A stretch of DNA of 63,810 nucleotides, counting the filler, from Octopus bimaculoides (Eukaryota), in the NCBI RefSeq assembly GCF_001194135.2. It is 5 parts of 4 records of this genome, joined end to end, with 100 filler letters (N's around TTAATTAATTAA, not from the genome) between each part and the next. Parts side by side here need not be neighbours in the genome. Positions count along the whole stretch, not along the records: positions 51,271 to 61,723 come from NC_068992.1; positions 61,824 to 63,810 come from NC_068984.1; 3 more parts are not named here. The stretch is one strand, 5' to 3'. The translations under genes were made by a program, and so were the position numbers. Positions 61,343 to 63,810 of the stretch are shown here, one piece after another (position 1 is the stretch's first letter; each line of letters starts with the position of its first letter). The notes under the pieces are model-generated. The model searched no databases. It was not told the DNA's origin and saw only the letters and a program-made list of their open reading frames with translations.

Positions 61343-61390
<48 letters not shown>
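61179..61390 (+). mobile_element. R4/Dong-type 3' fragment 4 of the stack
   Basis: HILRKTLSIQ* plus a 3' UTR nearly identical to 6290-6400 (reversed) and an (AAT)n tail; starts exactly at the end of the previous tail. Confidence 0.8.
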
Positions 61391-61392
<2 letters not shown>

Positions 61393-61841
61393 TGATCTTT
61401 TCTACTCTAGGCAGAAGGCCCTAAATTTTTGGGGAGTGGGCCAGTAGATTAAGTCGACTGCAGTACGCAACGGGTATTTAATTTATCGCTCCGGAAAGAT
61501 GAAAGGCAAAGTCGACCTCGGCGGAATTTGAACTCAGAACATCGATAATAACAATGACTGAAATATTTTCTGAGAAACATTGCAAGAGATCTGTGTCAAG
61601 AGATCTGAGATAAAAAAATTTATTTGTTCTCGTCGTGTTGTTGTTGTTGTTGTAATCTATAATAGCACTAACGGTTAGACACTTTATCAATATATGACAT
61701 AGGTAGATAAAGACTAGGAAATCNNNNNNNNNNNNNNNNNNNNNNNNNNNNNNNNNNNNNNNNNNNNTTAATTAATTAANNNNNNNNNNNNNNNNNNNNN
61801 NNNNNNNNNNNNNNNNNNNNNNNTGTATATAAAACATTCCC

Positions 61842-61881
<40 letters not shown>

Positions 61882-63104
61882 ATTTATACACACACACACA
61901 CTGATACAATGACACATGCACACACACGTACGCACATGCGCTCGCACCCGCACACACACACACACAAGCATATACACATCTGTATATTTTCTGCTTATTT
62001 TGTAGTTTCGCTTGATTTATGGTAGAAAGTAATTCCGTGCACGAGTGTGTATGTACATGTGTAAGCATGTGTGTAAATTAATATGTGTATTAACACATGT
62101 ATGTAGCATGTACGTGTTTATATAAATATGTGTGCGTGTGTGTAGGTGTGCGTGCGAGTGTGTGTGTGTGTGTGATTATGTACGTATCGGTATGTGTGTA
62201 TGTATGTATGTATGATTAACCCCCACTCCCCAAATTGAGTTCTTTATACCAATATTAAATCAACTTAATCGCTGCTATTTTCTATTTTTGACTATACCGA
62301 TATATACCAATATATGCATACATATATACGTGTGTGTGTGTGTATGTTTGTGTGTGTGTGTGTGTGTGTATGTGTGTGTGTGTGTCTCTGTGTGTGCGTG
62401 CGTGTGTGTGTGTTTGGATGGACGAATATGTATGTAAGGAACCATAAACGACGTAGGTATGTGTGAGTATATAAAAATATTTGTAAATTTACCCGTATAC
62501 ACATACACATTCATGTACACACACACACACACACACACATATATATGTATGTATGTATATACATTTATATATGTATATATAAGCATATTTATGCATGAAG
62601 CAAAATTTTTTCTGCATGTATCTTTGCCTGTCGTACCCTACCTACTCTTACTTCAATTCCCCCGATTTCTATTTGATTATATATATATATATATNNNNNN
62701 NNNNNNNNNNNNNNNNNNNNNNNNNNNNNNNNNNNNNNNNNNNNNNNNNNNNNNNNNNNNNNNNNNNNNNNNNNNNNNNNNNNNNNNNNNNNNNNNNNNN
62801 NNNNNNNNNNNNNNNNNNNNNNNNNNNNNNNNNNNNNNNNNNNNNNNNNNNNNNNNNNNNNNNNNNNNNNNNNNNNNNNNNNNNNNNNNNNNNNNNNNNN
62901 NNNNNNNNNNNNNNNNNNNNNNNNNNNNNNNNNNNNNNNNNNNNNNNNNNNNNNNNNNNNNNNNNNNNNNNNNNNNNNNNNNNNNNNNNNGTGTCTTCTC
63001 TTATATCCTCGGACCGACCAAAGCCTTGCTAGTGGATTTGGTAGACAGAGATTGAAAGAAGCCTGTCGTATATGTGTGTGTGTGTGTGTGTGCATGTGTG
63101 TGAG

Positions 63105-63148
<44 letters not shown>

Positions 63149-63374
63149 TTCTTTGGCTTTGCACCTGAGCCCCTTTCCTCTAACCAACCGTCGTTTCCGT
63201 GCCGCACCCTTCTCAGGCTCTCACTTCCCTCTCCCCACCCCTTTCTCTATGTAGGACACCCTTCATTGCACTCATTGCTCATCGTTGCTCTACGATGTTG
63301 GAATCGTTGCAAGGAAGGAATCTTTGTAGAATAATCATTTAACTGAGACACATACTCTCACACATACACATACT

Positions 63375-63413
<39 letters not shown>

Positions 63414-63414
63414 T

Positions 63415-63460
<46 letters not shown>

Positions 63461-63810
63461 CAGATAGAAAGAGAGAGAGAGAGAAAGAGACAGAGAGAGA
63501 GATGGAGAGAGATGAGAATTGATAGATGCATTGATTGATGCAGAAAGTGGTGGGCGTAGGTTTGAAAAACTCTTTCCCAGCAAAATGCAAGAAGTCATAA
63601 GAAAATCTTATAAATGGGCCATAAAGAAAAAAGATTCAACTATTCTCTCGCCATATTGTTAATGTAACACACACACGCACACATACGTATGTATATGTGT
63701 GTGTGTGTGTGTTTGCGTAAGCATAGATTTATCGGAATATGTGTATGCATATATCTATGAATAAATATATTAGTAGGTATTTAGACACATTTCTCTCTCA
63801 TTCTCTCTCT

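Overview
AT-rich animal genomic DNA, dense in microsatellites and transposons, from a short-read assembly with about 22 N-gaps (roughly 8 kb). The tRNA-SINE, Penelope and microsatellite landscape looks like an octopus/cephalopod genome (inference). Three host protein-coding units are supported. (1) Four small minus-strand exons (5770-5841, 4278-4380, 2939-3079, 399-465), found from splice sites and invisible as such in the ORF track, splice in frame into an adhesion-GPCR GAIN domain. (2) A ~650-aa DUF229 (alkaline-phosphatase/sulfatase-like) coding exon on the minus strand, 11399-13406. (3) An intact, intronless, N-terminally truncated FAF1-like UAS-coiled-coil-UBX gene, 56174-57232 (+), probably a retrogene, with an altered p97-binding loop. 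The rest is mostly mobile DNA: Penelope-like elements (one with inverted pseudo-LTRs carrying a minimal hammerhead ribozyme with an unusually long stem II), a miniature LTR element (TRIM-like, with PBS, PPT and TSD) inside a DD37D transposon, head-to-tail stacks of R4/Dong-type retroelements at (TAA)n tails, mariner/Tigger/hAT remnants and MITEs, several long inverted repeats and many SINEs. All family assignments come from motif recognition by eye; no database search was run. Repeat coordinates are approximate.
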